A stretch of 64,000 nucleotides of DNA from a virus, in IMG/VR virus record IMGVR_UViG_3300036774_000066, positions 64,001 to 128,000 of that record; one strand, written 5' to 3'. Of the stretch, positions 9,730-18,880 are shown piece by piece. The notes below the pieces were generated by a model. The model was not told the origin of the DNA, did not search any database, and saw nothing but the letters and a program-made list of their open reading frames with translations. The translations under genes were made by a program, and so were the position numbers. The stretch's first letter is position 1; every line of letters begins with the position of its first letter.

Positions 9730-10935
9730 TTACAGACGTTCTTTGGCTCTGAGAAAGTCAATCACTGCTGCCTCATTCTTAATAACCCACTCCTCCAATG
9801 CCCTCCTACCTTGACAAGAAGTTGTCAGACCATTCATATCTACATAGTAAAAAGCCTTGTTCTGCTTGACAGCACCCTCTTCCTGCAAAAGAAACGTGAA
9901 TGCTCGAATGTTAGAAATTCCCTTTCCGAAAAAGATAGAAATAACTGTCTTGATAAAAGGCATGGTAATCTTGTTCTTTACACATTCAGCAGTTATATCT
10001 GCTCCTATCTTTCTGGTAACTCCATCAACCGTCTCCTCAATCCAACTCGCTAACGAAATGTCAACCCGAATGTCCGGCCAAAACTCCAATGCCAGACCGC
10101 CAGCGGCCTTTACATGAGAAGAACCCCGAAAATCAAACTTTGTCCTTTTTTGATTAACAATAACAAGACTTGAGTTAGCCCGAGCAAAAGCAGCCTTGTA
10201 CTTTCCCAAGAAATTTCCTGTCAACCGAGAATGCCAGCCAGGTTCCGCATCCTCAATTTTAAGATCACCCGAAACTATCTTGTCAAACAGCATTGCAGTA
10301 ATGGAATCAACAACAACCAATTCAGGTACTCTATTACTTACCAGCAGAGAATCTATTATACTCTCTGTCTGCTCAAACGTATCCGGCTTAATAACTATAA
10401 AAGTCTTTTGATAGTAAGGTTCTAACCCAACCCCAAAAATCAAACTCTCATTCAACGCTTTCTCAACGTCAATAAGAATTGCAACACCACCAGATTGACA
10501 AACTCTCAAACACCAGCACAGCACACAGGTAGACTTTCCAAGTCCAGCATCCGAGTGAAGTTCAATAATCCTCCCTCGTGGTATGCCTCCACCAAAAATA
10601 TAATTAAACCCTATAGAACCAGAGTCAATAAAATCCACCTTACTACTCACACGAAACCTTTGTGCAAAATCAGCACATAGCGTATCAAAATCAGTTGACG
10701 GTTTACCAGCCTTTTCTTCTTTCCCTCCCCGTCTACCGCGAATCATCACGGAAGAAATAGAAGGAGGAAGAGAGGTAGCTGGAGGAACTGGAGGAACTGG
10801 AGGAACTGTCTTCGCATCTTCCGGCGTAACAATAGGTACAGTAGCAACAGACTCAGAAACAACAGGTGTAGAAACAACAGGTGCAGGCGCAGGTGCAGAA
10901 ACATTCTTCTTAGACTTTGCAAACTCTATAGGCAT
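9730..10935 (-). CDS. recA: RecA/UvsX-like recombinase with Pro-rich N-terminal extension
   Basis: GGGIPRGRIIEL, GLGKST, IDVEKAL, VVVDSITAM, NQ.R, GG.AL.F, VKNK. Confidence 0.92.
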   Translation of the reverse strand: MPIEFAKSKKNVSAPAPAPVVSTPVVSESVATVPIVTPEDAKTVPPVPPVPPATSLPPSISSVMIRGRRGGKEEKAGKPSTDFDTLCADFAQRFRVSSKVDFIDSGSIGFNYIFGGGIPRGRIIELHSDAGLGKSTCVLCWCLRVCQSGGVAILIDVEKALNESLIFGVGLEPYYQKTFIVIKPDTFEQTESIIDSLLVSNRVPELVVVDSITAMLFDKIVSGDLKIEDAEPGWHSRLTGNFLGKYKAAFARANSSLVIVNQKRTKFDFRGSSHVKAAGGLALEFWPDIRVDISLASWIEETVDGVTRKIGADITAECVKNKITMPFIKTVISIFFGKGISNIRAFTFLLQEEGAVKQNKAFYYVDMNGLTTSCQGRRALEEWVIKNEAAVIDFLRAKERL

Positions 10936-10950
10936 ACCACCGCTCCCCTT

Positions 10951-11592
10951 TCAATTGTCAACATACATAACAACCAAACCACGCATTTTCAATGACTCTT
11001 TCTCTGATAATACGGAAAACTTATCCTCCCACTTTAGACTTAATTCCAACGGAATATTCAATTTACGGATAAGATTATGGAAAGCCCACATCACCAACAA
11101 CAAAGCATCCGCACAATCACTCTGAATCTTCACATCACCACTCTTTGTAAACGTCGAAAACTTGAGATTATTCTCTCTTGCTAAGTAAAGTACAAAGTTC
11201 TTTATCTCTGACTTTGTAGACTTTCTTCCCATCAGCATGTGAATCTTGTTTGGATGAGCCAACATCAACTCACAGTTCCTTAACCCCTGCAAAATTATCA
11301 TATAGTCAAGAGCATACATCAAAGGGGAACTTAGATTGTATGGCACCGGATACTCAGAAACAAACAAGACCTCATGCGTTTCAACCTGTTTACTCTTTAG
11401 AAAATTCTCAATATTAGTAATCAGCAAGTCATAAATATCCCCCACACGACTAAGCCACGCATGAAACCGAAAATCCTTCTCCTCTTCCGACTTGAAAAGG
11501 AAAGTTGTAACTTCCAATGTATTGACATCAAGAAAGGATAGACCCAACTTGGCAGGAGCCGGGTCTATCCCACAGACATACTTATACTTCAT
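10951..11592 (-). CDS. RuvC-like Holliday junction resolvase
   Basis: GIDP, SEYP, DCADAL acidic tetrad pattern. Confidence 0.75.
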   Translation of the reverse strand: MKYKYVCGIDPAPAKLGLSFLDVNTLEVTTFLFKSEEEKDFRFHAWLSRVGDIYDLLITNIENFLKSKQVETHEVLFVSEYPVPYNLSSPLMYALDYMIILQGLRNCELMLAHPNKIHMLMGRKSTKSEIKNFVLYLARENNLKFSTFTKSGDVKIQSDCADALLLVMWAFHNLIRKLNIPLELSLKWEDKFSVLSEKESLKMRGLVVMYVDN

Positions 11593-11594
11593 TG

Positions 11595-12668
11595 TTACCT
11601 CAGAAAAGACTTGAGATTGGTTGCCTGTTGCGGCATTGCCTGAGACGCATCAGACTGACCAGAAACGAGCTTCATGAAGGAAGACTCGTTTAACACGCGG
11701 GCAATCACAGTCGGTAGCATGTTTTTCAAGGGAGAAACCCCTAACTGAGGATTACCATTCCACTTTATCATAACCTGCTCGCCCAACTGTGGGTACTGTC
11801 TCCACGTAGCCGGACCAACATTTTGCATGTGTAAAGTCTGAAATTTCTGGTCGGAACAAGTGACAATAAAGTCCAATGTGTCAATAGGGACATTCGCATC
11901 CAAAGCCTTGAGTGCCTTATACTCATCTTCCGCGAGGCTGAGATACATAACATCAAACTTCGCGGAAATAATTTGCCCTGTCATGTCCGTATCGTACAAT
12001 ACGATTGGGACAATGTATCGCACTGACGGGATTCCTAAGTTCTCACAGCACTTCCCCGAAAAGCAGTAGAAATAACCAAAATCGTCCAGCCAATGAGTCT
12101 TCACCACGGCAATCTGTCGGTCGATCATCCCCAACCGATATGTCGGTCCAACACTTGCCTTGAAACGGTTGATCGGGTATCTCTGGACCTCTACCCCGAA
12201 GGAACCCCACATAAACCCTGCTTGCGGAGGAGCCGCTGACGCTGACGCTGTAGGGCTTGGCATCATTGGAGGGGAAAAAGGTACAGGTGCCGGAGGAAAC
12301 ATCATCTGCTGCGGAGGAAACACCATTGCAGGGGCTTGTGGTGCCGGGACAGGTGCCGGGACAGGTGCCGGGACAGGTGCCGGGACAGGTGCCGAAGGCT
12401 GTGCAAAAATAGCAGGATTTACAGGAGGGACCGAAACGGGCTGTGAACTTACTGCTGGTGGAACTGCCTGGGAAGCAGCCAAAGCAGCGGAAATACGCTG
12501 CGCTGCATCGGGTGACTCTATCGCTGTTGCTGGTGTCAAGATAGCAGATGAAGCAACAGGAGCAGCAACGGGCTGCGGAGCCGCCTGTGCTGCTGGAGGA
12601 GTTACTTTACCTCCAAGAATATCATCCAAGCTAACAGAACCCAAAACAGGCTTACCATTCTCAGACAT
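11595..12668 (-). CDS. Putative ssDNA-binding protein (gp32-like, Zn-binding) with long Pro/Ala-rich N-terminus
   Basis: HW..YFYC...CC...RYIVPIVLYDTD, DF.V.C.D.KFQ; between HU and RuvC/RecA. Confidence 0.6.
   Translation of the reverse strand: MSENGKPVLGSVSLDDILGGKVTPPAAQAAPQPVAAPVASSAILTPATAIESPDAAQRISAALAASQAVPPAVSSQPVSVPPVNPAIFAQPSAPVPAPVPAPVPAPVPAPQAPAMVFPPQQMMFPPAPVPFSPPMMPSPTASASAAPPQAGFMWGSFGVEVQRYPINRFKASVGPTYRLGMIDRQIAVVKTHWLDDFGYFYCFSGKCCENLGIPSVRYIVPIVLYDTDMTGQIISAKFDVMYLSLAEDEYKALKALDANVPIDTLDFIVTCSDQKFQTLHMQNVGPATWRQYPQLGEQVMIKWNGNPQLGVSPLKNMLPTVIARVLNESSFMKLVSGQSDASQAMPQQATNLKSFLR
12340..12394. repeat. 12-bp tandem repeat (~4.6 copies) encoding APVP
   Basis: ggtgccgggaca units. 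Confidence 0.9.
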
Positions 12669-12725
12669 AAAATCCTCCATTGTTTACTTGACTTGACACT
12701 TACAACATGGATGGGACAACACCTT

Positions 12726-12747
12726 TAATACGCCCCAAAGGACAAAA
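12726..12747 (-). promoter_or_regulatory. Putative phage-sigma promoter TTTT-N11-CGTATTA
   Basis: Recurrent intergenic motif, just after a terminator, upstream of SSB. Confidence 0.6.
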
Positions 12748-12763
12748 ACCATTAGAGACAAAT

Positions 12764-12796
12764 AAAAAGCCTACGGAAGTAACTCCGTAGGCTTTT
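12764..12796 (-). terminator. Intrinsic terminator (possibly bidirectional)
   Basis: AAAAGCCTACGGA-loop-TCCGTAGGCTTTTT. Confidence 0.8.
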
Positions 12797-12820
12797 AGCA
12801 TCACTCGACCCAAGAAACTC

Positions 12821-13357
12821 CTATGCAATTTCCCCTGTTGGAGGAACCACCTGACCTGTCTCAATCAGACGTTCAACATCAACGTGGTTGATGGTCTGAA
12901 TCAACCACTTGAAATACTTGAACGAGGGCTTCCACCGGAAATGAGGAATCTCACCAAGCTGCGCGTACCGAGAAGTAGGCTTTGTTGCGATCTTGCGTGG
13001 AGGAGACATCTTGATATAAAATCTCCCCACACCAACCAGACTCAGCCGCTTCTTCTCGGACATTGCGGTATGCATGACAATTGAATCAAACGCCTCTTGG
13101 AAAAGTTCATACGCCAGATTTTGCGAAATCTGACCTTGACCTTTACCAATGAGAACCTTTGACAAATTGACTTGCAATAAGGCTTTGAATTTCTCCACTT
13201 CCGTCATGTCCAACTCCAGCTTGCGACGACTCCTTTTCCTTTTCGGAATCGGACCAACCGTTACGGCATCAGCAACGGGAGCAGCATCAGCAGCATCAGC
13301 AACGGGAACAGCAGGAACTTCGGCGGGTGCCGGAGTCGGATTCTGAACATCAGGCAT
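12821..13357 (-). CDS. HU/IHF-like DNA-binding protein
   Basis: RLSLVGVGRF...PPRK...PHFRWKPS; Ala/Pro-rich N-terminus. Confidence 0.7.
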   Translation of the reverse strand: MPDVQNPTPAPAEVPAVPVADAADAAPVADAVTVGPIPKRKRSRRKLELDMTEVEKFKALLQVNLSKVLIGKGQGQISQNLAYELFQEAFDSIVMHTAMSEKKRLSLVGVGRFYIKMSPPRKIATKPTSRYAQLGEIPHFRWKPSFKYFKWLIQTINHVDVERLIETGQVVPPTGEIA

Positions 13358-13419
13358 ACAACCTCCTCAAGAAGGGTAAAAATTTAACCGCACTCTACAA
13401 CAAAGCACTGCATAGCTAC

Positions 13420-13441
13420 TAATACGACACGACAAACAAAA
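13420..13441 (-). promoter_or_regulatory. Putative phage-sigma promoter TTTT-N11-CGTATTA
   Basis: Motif copy upstream of HU-like gene. Confidence 0.6.
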
Positions 13442-13475
13442 AACAGAAGACTATCATCCAAATCATTGAAATTAC

Positions 13476-13739
13476 TTACTTTCGCACATCCCTCCTTTCA
13501 ATAGCCTCACTCACTTTGATTACTCTACCTCCTATCAACTTATCATTCATCTCAGTAATTGCCTTCTTGACAAGTGCTTCATTTTCCATCTCTACAAAGG
13601 CATATCCCTTAGATTTTCCTGTCTCTTTATCTTTGACAATAAAAACACCTACCACTTTCCCACACTCAGAAAAAGCAGCTACCAACTCCTCTTCCGACAT
13701 TCTAAAAGGGATATTTCCAACGTAAACTCTTTTAGGCAC
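13476..13739 (-). CDS. RRM (RNP-1) RNA-binding protein
   Basis: RNP2 VYVGNI and RNP1 KGYAFVEM. Confidence 0.95.
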   Translation of the reverse strand: MPKRVYVGNIPFRMSEEELVAAFSECGKVVGVFIVKDKETGKSKGYAFVEMENEALVKKAITEMNDKLIGGRVIKVSEAIERRDVRK

Positions 13740-13760
13740 AACAAACTCCTTGAGAAATTG

Positions 13761-14279
13761 TTACTCTAAAAAAGATGAAGATGACGACGGTGGACGATCT
13801 GATTTTGGCGCATCATATTTCAACGTCCTTAATGCCCAAATACACTTATCCAACGTCTCTAATTTACTCCTTAGTATATTCTCAATATCTATCAGTCTCG
13901 AAATATAAAAATTCACGTCCTTAGAAAATTGTCGTACTGCACCATCCCCACACTCCCGCTCTGAATTATGGAGAAACACCCGTATCTGGATTTTCTTTGT
14001 TCCCAATTCGTGAAGGGTATTGGCAACCTGAATCAACTCAGACTCATACTCCGCAACCAACCGAGCAACAAATCCCCACTGTAAAATTCCGTTTTTGACA
14101 AGTTCATCAATTGTCGGAAATGTCCTTACCCTTGTACATGCTATTCCTATCGGACCAAACTCAGGGTTATCATTGGCAAGTCCCATCAAGTAATCCTTGA
14201 CAAGTCCCAAAAGTTTTTCTTGGGCAGCTATATTATATGCGGAGCTAACTACCGTAGTCGGTTGATGCAATACAGGCAT
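13761..14279 (-). CDS. Hypothetical helical protein
   Basis: ORF in operon. Confidence 0.6.
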   Translation of the reverse strand: MPVLHQPTTVVSSAYNIAAQEKLLGLVKDYLMGLANDNPEFGPIGIACTRVRTFPTIDELVKNGILQWGFVARLVAEYESELIQVANTLHELGTKKIQIRVFLHNSERECGDGAVRQFSKDVNFYISRLIDIENILRSKLETLDKCIWALRTLKYDAPKSDRPPSSSSSFLE

Positions 14280-14295
14280 TATTTACAAATCCTTC

Positions 14296-14991
14296 TCATA
14301 CTATCCATTTTAACTTACCTTCTCTATCTGCCTCAATTATTTCCCTTGCAGCAGATAGATAAGCAAAAGAATCTTGTGCTATTTTTGGGTTTCTCCAAGA
14401 AGCAGCAGGATGAGGAACAGCAAACACCAATAACTGCCTTCCGTGAAATCTTGTTTGGTAAACATCTCCGAATATCCGCATGATTGACATAAACTCATAG
14501 CCCATTGTCTGCTTCAAAGCATCCCCACCAAGGAGAAAGAGATACTTCATATTTGTCAACTTGAGAAATTCCAGATACTTCCAAACGGAACACCAAACAA
14601 GTTCTGTGTCTACGGGTGGACGATCCTTCTTGGTATGACAAAGGAGAGAATTAGTAATGTAGATTTTTGATCGGTCAACACCCACAGCCTCAAGATACTT
14701 CATAAACCACGAACCCGCAGTAGCGGATGGATAAAACGGTTGCCCGTGTACATCCTCTTCCCAACCAGGATTTCTCCCAACAAATACAGTATCAGAACCC
14801 ACATCCCCCTCTGGCAACACTACCTGTCTCGCCTCTTTCCTTGCCTCACATGACACACAAGTAGACATAGTAAATCTAAGGTGGTGGTAATCAAGGCCAG
14901 AAAAACTTGATATTACTGCTCTGTAATACCCCTGAAATTCTGGACGCTCATACACCAATTTTGTAAAGTGAGGCTTTATATATACGGACAT
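14296..14991 (-). CDS. Uracil-DNA glycosylase family 4-like (Fe-S)
   Basis: CxxC, VFVGRNPGWEED..GQPF, YITNSLLC, RPP...E...C, LLGG, PHPAA. Confidence 0.85.
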   Translation of the reverse strand: MSVYIKPHFTKLVYERPEFQGYYRAVISSFSGLDYHHLRFTMSTCVSCEARKEARQVVLPEGDVGSDTVFVGRNPGWEEDVHGQPFYPSATAGSWFMKYLEAVGVDRSKIYITNSLLCHTKKDRPPVDTELVWCSVWKYLEFLKLTNMKYLFLLGGDALKQTMGYEFMSIMRIFGDVYQTRFHGRQLLVFAVPHPAASWRNPKIAQDSFAYLSAAREIIEADREGKLKWIV

Positions 14992-15006
14992 TAGAGTTAC
15001 CTACAC

Positions 15007-15134
15007 AAAAAAGGAAAGAACCCCCTGCTCCCGGCGACCATTACCGTGTCTTCCACAACCGTTTGCGAGTTGCGCCTATTAAGTCATCGGTAAAATCGCA
15101 CCTGATAGGACAGGCAAGCATAAGGGTTCTTCCC
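15007..15134 (-). ncRNA. Candidate structured RNA A (multibranch, possible double pseudoknot, closed by long helix plus U-tract)
   Basis: GGGAAGAACCCTT/GGGGGTTCTTTCC plus TGCTT/GAGCA closing helix; inner stems CCTAT/ATAGG, CGCAACT/GGTTGTG, GAC/GTC; then TTTTTT. Confidence 0.6.
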
Positions 15135-15137
15135 GCA

Positions 15138-15866
15138 TCACTTTCTAAGGGTGAGTAAAAAGTAAAGAACTCTACTATCCAATGGCACTTCATTCTTAAT
15201 ACGCAAAGTCTCCACCAAACTAATAGGAATACTCTCTGGTTTCAAGACAGTTTCTAAGTTACCCATAAGCCCCAGATAATAGTCTGAAAATTTCGCTCCC
15301 CTTCGATTTTCCTTTTCTTTGAACTTGAAAAGAAAAGTCAAAACAGAAGAAAAAATCTCCCCTGCCAACATTCTCCTTCTTAACAAAAGGTACTCCTCAA
15401 TCAACTTTTCCTTAGACTCTCGCATTGCCTCAAACAACTCATACATCTTTTCGTGCCTCTCAAACAACTCAGTATACCAACGACCCAAAACAGCGGACAT
15501 CTTGATAAAGTACAAAAACTCATAGGCAGTCAGTAACTTCTTTTTTCCTTTCTCCGCCTCGGGACACGCATACCTCTCTACTGTTTTTGTCAGCTTGAGC
15601 CTCTTGACTTCCGATACATACTTAACAATGTCTGTCTCGTTATCAAACTTCCGATCTACCACATGAGAATCATTGGTTGTGACAATGATATAATCGGTAA
15701 ATCGGTACTGCATATTTCTGTCAACATCAGGTATTCTATCGTTTGGCTTGAGAAAATACATCACCTTACCTTTACAATCACTCCACTCAACGGACTCTAT
15801 ACGCTTATATCCGGGGAACAAAAAGTAAAGCAATTGCAAGGTATCTTTACTAAAGTAGATTTTCAT
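15138..15866 (-). CDS. Hypothetical protein (possible clamp-loader partner)
   Basis: ORF; near clamp-loader-like gene; function by context only. Confidence 0.55.
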   Translation of the reverse strand: MKIYFSKDTLQLLYFLFPGYKRIESVEWSDCKGKVMYFLKPNDRIPDVDRNMQYRFTDYIIVTTNDSHVVDRKFDNETDIVKYVSEVKRLKLTKTVERYACPEAEKGKKKLLTAYEFLYFIKMSAVLGRWYTELFERHEKMYELFEAMRESKEKLIEEYLLLRRRMLAGEIFSSVLTFLFKFKEKENRRGAKFSDYYLGLMGNLETVLKPESIPISLVETLRIKNEVPLDSRVLYFLLTLRK

Positions 15867-16042
15867 TCCATCCCAACTTCTTGATCCCCAAGACTCAGAT
15901 AGCCAGAATCGTCAAAATACCCTTCCTCCTCTTCATCAAAATCGCTTTCCTGCTCCTCTACTTCCTCCTCAGTAAACGCCTCTTCCTTCCAATACAACTG
16001 CCGCAACTCGTGAGAAGTAAACAGTGGATTTTCTATTGTCAT
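15863..16042 (-). CDS. Small highly acidic protein (59 aa, MTIENPLF...EEEEGYFDD)
   Basis: Below cutoff; ATGA overlaps at both ends. Confidence 0.6.
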   Translation of the reverse strand: MTIENPLFTSHELRQLYWKEEAFTEEEVEEQESDFDEEEEGYFDDSGYLSLGDQEVGME

Positions 16043-16518
16043 ACGAAAAACTGCCTTATTCTATCCCTCACTGGTAAGTCAGACTTTCCAATAAAATAAT
16101 TCAACGGATAAGAAGAAACTGCATGTCTGACTAATTCCTCGTCTGTTACCGACCCATCAGCAAACGACTCCTTCACAAACCGCAAACTATCTGCCTCTCT
16201 TTTCAACAATGTGGGGTACTTCTTTACAGTCTTAAACCTTGACAGCAAAATAGAGGAAATATTATCCTCAGACGCAAGACAAACAAGGGGAATAGTTGTC
16301 TCCTCTACGAACTTCAGCAACTTGGAATGGTATCTTCTCAATGCAGAAATATTTGACAATGCAACAGGCTCTTTCAATGTTATTCCTGAATATTCCCGTA
16401 TAAAGTCCTGTAATTCCTCCCGGTTAATAACAACATTTACTATAATCCCACAAGACGATATGTTCTGCTGCAAAGACACGATATTAGACGCAATGACTAA
16501 AGCAGGGTACTCGCTCAT
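16039..16518 (-). CDS. Degenerate clamp-loader (delta-prime/RFC-like) subunit
   Basis: KLLKFVEE...LVCLAS...ILLSRF resembles the LLK.LEE...SRC motif; no Walker A. Confidence 0.55.
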   Translation of the reverse strand: MSEYPALVIASNIVSLQQNISSCGIIVNVVINREELQDFIREYSGITLKEPVALSNISALRRYHSKLLKFVEETTIPLVCLASEDNISSILLSRFKTVKKYPTLLKREADSLRFVKESFADGSVTDEELVRHAVSSYPLNYFIGKSDLPVRDRIRQFFV

Positions 16519-16877
16519 TCACTTACCTTTTTCTCTTCCTCTATTACCCTGTTCGCTTCTTCGAGTCCGTCCAAAGCATCCTGAAACATCTTCCTGATTC
16601 CCTTATTGTCAAATTCCTCCGCTACCCACTTTGTATACTTCAAATCATTCTCCAATACCCACGGTAAAGTCTTTCCCCTATACTTACCAAAAGGAACAAC
16701 AAATTCCATCCATTTACCCGGCTGTGGTAGAAATTTAATGTACCCACAACCATGACAAAACCAGCCAATGTGCGGACCACACCGCTTGATATATGTCCGT
16801 AATGATTTACACTTTGGGCATGACCTATCATCACACTCCTGAATATGCCCATTCGGAAAATCCGTCAACTTGAGCAT
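16515..16877 (-). CDS. Zn-ribbon plus PFGKY(R)GK-domain protein (DUF3820-like)
   Basis: CPKC...C..CG; VPFGKYRGKTL..V...D..Y..W. Confidence 0.65.
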   Translation of the reverse strand: MLKLTDFPNGHIQECDDRSCPKCKSLRTYIKRCGPHIGWFCHGCGYIKFLPQPGKWMEFVVPFGKYRGKTLPWVLENDLKYTKWVAEEFDNKGIRKMFQDALDGLEEANRVIEEEKKVSE

Positions 16878-16886
16878 ACCTTACCC

Positions 16887-17432
16887 CTACACAAAGGATA
16901 ATGCCCGGCTCACCCAATTGCTAAGATACTTTACCTGTAAATTGGCAATGGAGAAAACTGACCCGCTCTGAATCTTATCCCCCAAATCTTTCATCACCAA
17001 GTCAATACAAAAGGAAACTCTCTTCTGTACGTAAGACTTTACTACAGTAGAAATATTACAGCTTGCCGCAGTTGCAAGGGTCTTAGGTCCAATCACTCCA
17101 TCCACAAAGACACCCAAAGACTTCTGCAAAAAACATGCTGCCTGAATCGGCCCATACAGCACACACGAATCAAAATGCACTCTATCAATTCTGTCAGGTA
17201 AAACATCGCACTTGCCAACAAGCCAATAGTCTGTTCTGTAAATATCTGCTACTTCTGAAGCAGATATATTCTTGACATCAGCAAAGGGAAGATGCATCCT
17301 GGCTCTATATGCACCATAAGAATTTTGTGTAATCCCAAAGTTCGTAGCCCCTCCATGATCTGTCGGGTCATTAACGTACCCACCCTCAAAAGCCAGCACA
17401 GAAGCCAAAGCAGAGTCAAAGTTCCTATTCAT
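16887..17432 (-). CDS. Endolysin, glycoside hydrolase family 108
   Basis: EGGYVNDPTDHGGATNFGIT, YRTDYW, DGVIGPKT. Confidence 0.92.
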   Translation of the reverse strand: MNRNFDSALASVLAFEGGYVNDPTDHGGATNFGITQNSYGAYRARMHLPFADVKNISASEVADIYRTDYWLVGKCDVLPDRIDRVHFDSCVLYGPIQAACFLQKSLGVFVDGVIGPKTLATAASCNISTVVKSYVQKRVSFCIDLVMKDLGDKIQSGSVFSIANLQVKYLSNWVSRALSFV

Positions 17433-17458
17433 ACGGTTACTCCATTCTACTAAGTTAT

Positions 17459-18457
17459 TTACATTCCCCAAGGCCATGCGCAATCTGATTCCCAATCGTA
17501 TGTTACTCCCTGTGGAAGATTTTTTATCATGTCTATTCCAATAGAATACCTCTCGTCTTCACTCAACTTGACCTTTACTATTTTGTCAATCTTATCCGTG
17601 TCACGCACCCTGTCAAGACTTACACGAAGTCCGCCCTTCAAAATAGCAACCTCTTTCTCCTTCGGGACATTAACCCACCCGTCAAAATACTCGTCAATAT
17701 CGTCAATCCTCTTGTGTGAAGGAACTACCTCAACTTTATGTAGATTATCCTCTTCATACAGGTTTGTCAACTTTTTCCTGCACTCCGAGATAATCTGACA
17801 AATCCTGTTGGCTGTCACCTTAAAAAAATCCGCTATTGCGAGAGGAGTCCAATCCTGTAAGTAAAGAAAATAGACCCAATAATGACAAAACCACACAGTA
17901 AATATGGGCTTTCTTTGTTCTACCCAATCAGATACAACTTGCCCATCAACCATACCCCACTTTTTGTATCTGTAAACATCAAACAACGGCTTATCCTTAT
18001 CCAAACCCTCATGAGTCCGTAACGTCCGAGAATTTGTAATCCTCTTTTTGGAAAGAACTTCCAACGCCTCCTGCATTATCAACTCACCCAAAACATTGAC
18101 ATTGTAAGGATCAGGAAATACATCATATATAGACATATCCCCATCATCACCGCCTCCAAGTGTAACTATCTTTACTGACCGCGCATTTTTCCTAAGAAGA
18201 TCAATCGCCTGATTTGCCATCCCGGTATACAAATAGCAAAACTTCGGGGCGGGAGGATTAGCGGTCTTTCCATACTCCTGCAAAAAATGGGACCGATGAA
18301 TCTTTTCAAGAAAAAACTCGTCAATAAAATCACCCATCTCCAGAAAGGAAGACATCACCGGAAACCGCTTGAATAACGAACAAGTAATGGGACGAAAAAA
18401 AGGCAGGGCTTCTTCAAACGTAAACGGAGCAGCAACGGCAATGGCGGGTGTATGCAT
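17459..18457 (-). CDS. Phage sigma70-family RNA polymerase sigma factor
   Basis: Region 2-like YLYTGMANQAIDLLRK; region 4 HTH TPLAIADFFKVTANRICQIISECRKKL. Confidence 0.72.
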   Translation of the reverse strand: MHTPAIAVAAPFTFEEALPFFRPITCSLFKRFPVMSSFLEMGDFIDEFFLEKIHRSHFLQEYGKTANPPAPKFCYLYTGMANQAIDLLRKNARSVKIVTLGGGDDGDMSIYDVFPDPYNVNVLGELIMQEALEVLSKKRITNSRTLRTHEGLDKDKPLFDVYRYKKWGMVDGQVVSDWVEQRKPIFTVWFCHYWVYFLYLQDWTPLAIADFFKVTANRICQIISECRKKLTNLYEEDNLHKVEVVPSHKRIDDIDEYFDGWVNVPKEKEVAILKGGLRVSLDRVRDTDKIDKIVKVKLSEDERYSIGIDMIKNLPQGVTYDWESDCAWPWGM

Positions 18458-18484
18458 TTACTCCTCCAACAAACTAAAAGGTTG

Positions 18485-18880
18485 TTATTTAGACAAAAGA
18501 TGTTTAAGTTCATCTTCAGATACTCCTAATCCTATAGACAATTTAGCTATAGTTTCGGTATTGACACCTCTGGTAACTCCACGGATAATCTTTGACAGGG
18601 ACATCTGAGAGATACCACAACGGAAAGCCAAGTCATGCTGCGAATACCCCAACTCAATCATCCTACCTTTTATATAGTTACCAAAAGCCGATGAATTTAC
18701 AGAAGAAAATAACTTCTCAAAATCCTGTTGAGGAATCGAGAGTTTTACGTGACTCCCATTTACAGAGGCAGAAACGTGGATACAATTTGCATCTTTGAAT
18801 AGATAATACCACGCCGTTGCATTACACACAAAGGTTTGACTTGATTTATCAGAATCAACTTTAATGCTTAATCGACTCAT
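18485..18880 (-). CDS. XRE-family HTH regulator
   Basis: GYSQHDLAFRCGISQMSLSKII.G...TIAKLS..LGVS. Confidence 0.8.
   Translation of the reverse strand: MSRLSIKVDSDKSSQTFVCNATAWYYLFKDANCIHVSASVNGSHVKLSIPQQDFEKLFSSVNSSAFGNYIKGRMIELGYSQHDLAFRCGISQMSLSKIIRGVTRGVNTETIAKLSIGLGVSEDELKHLLSK

Noticed and set aside
9233-12394. CRISPR array
   Set aside because: The repeats are spacerless 12-bp in-frame coding repeats; no array or cas genes seen
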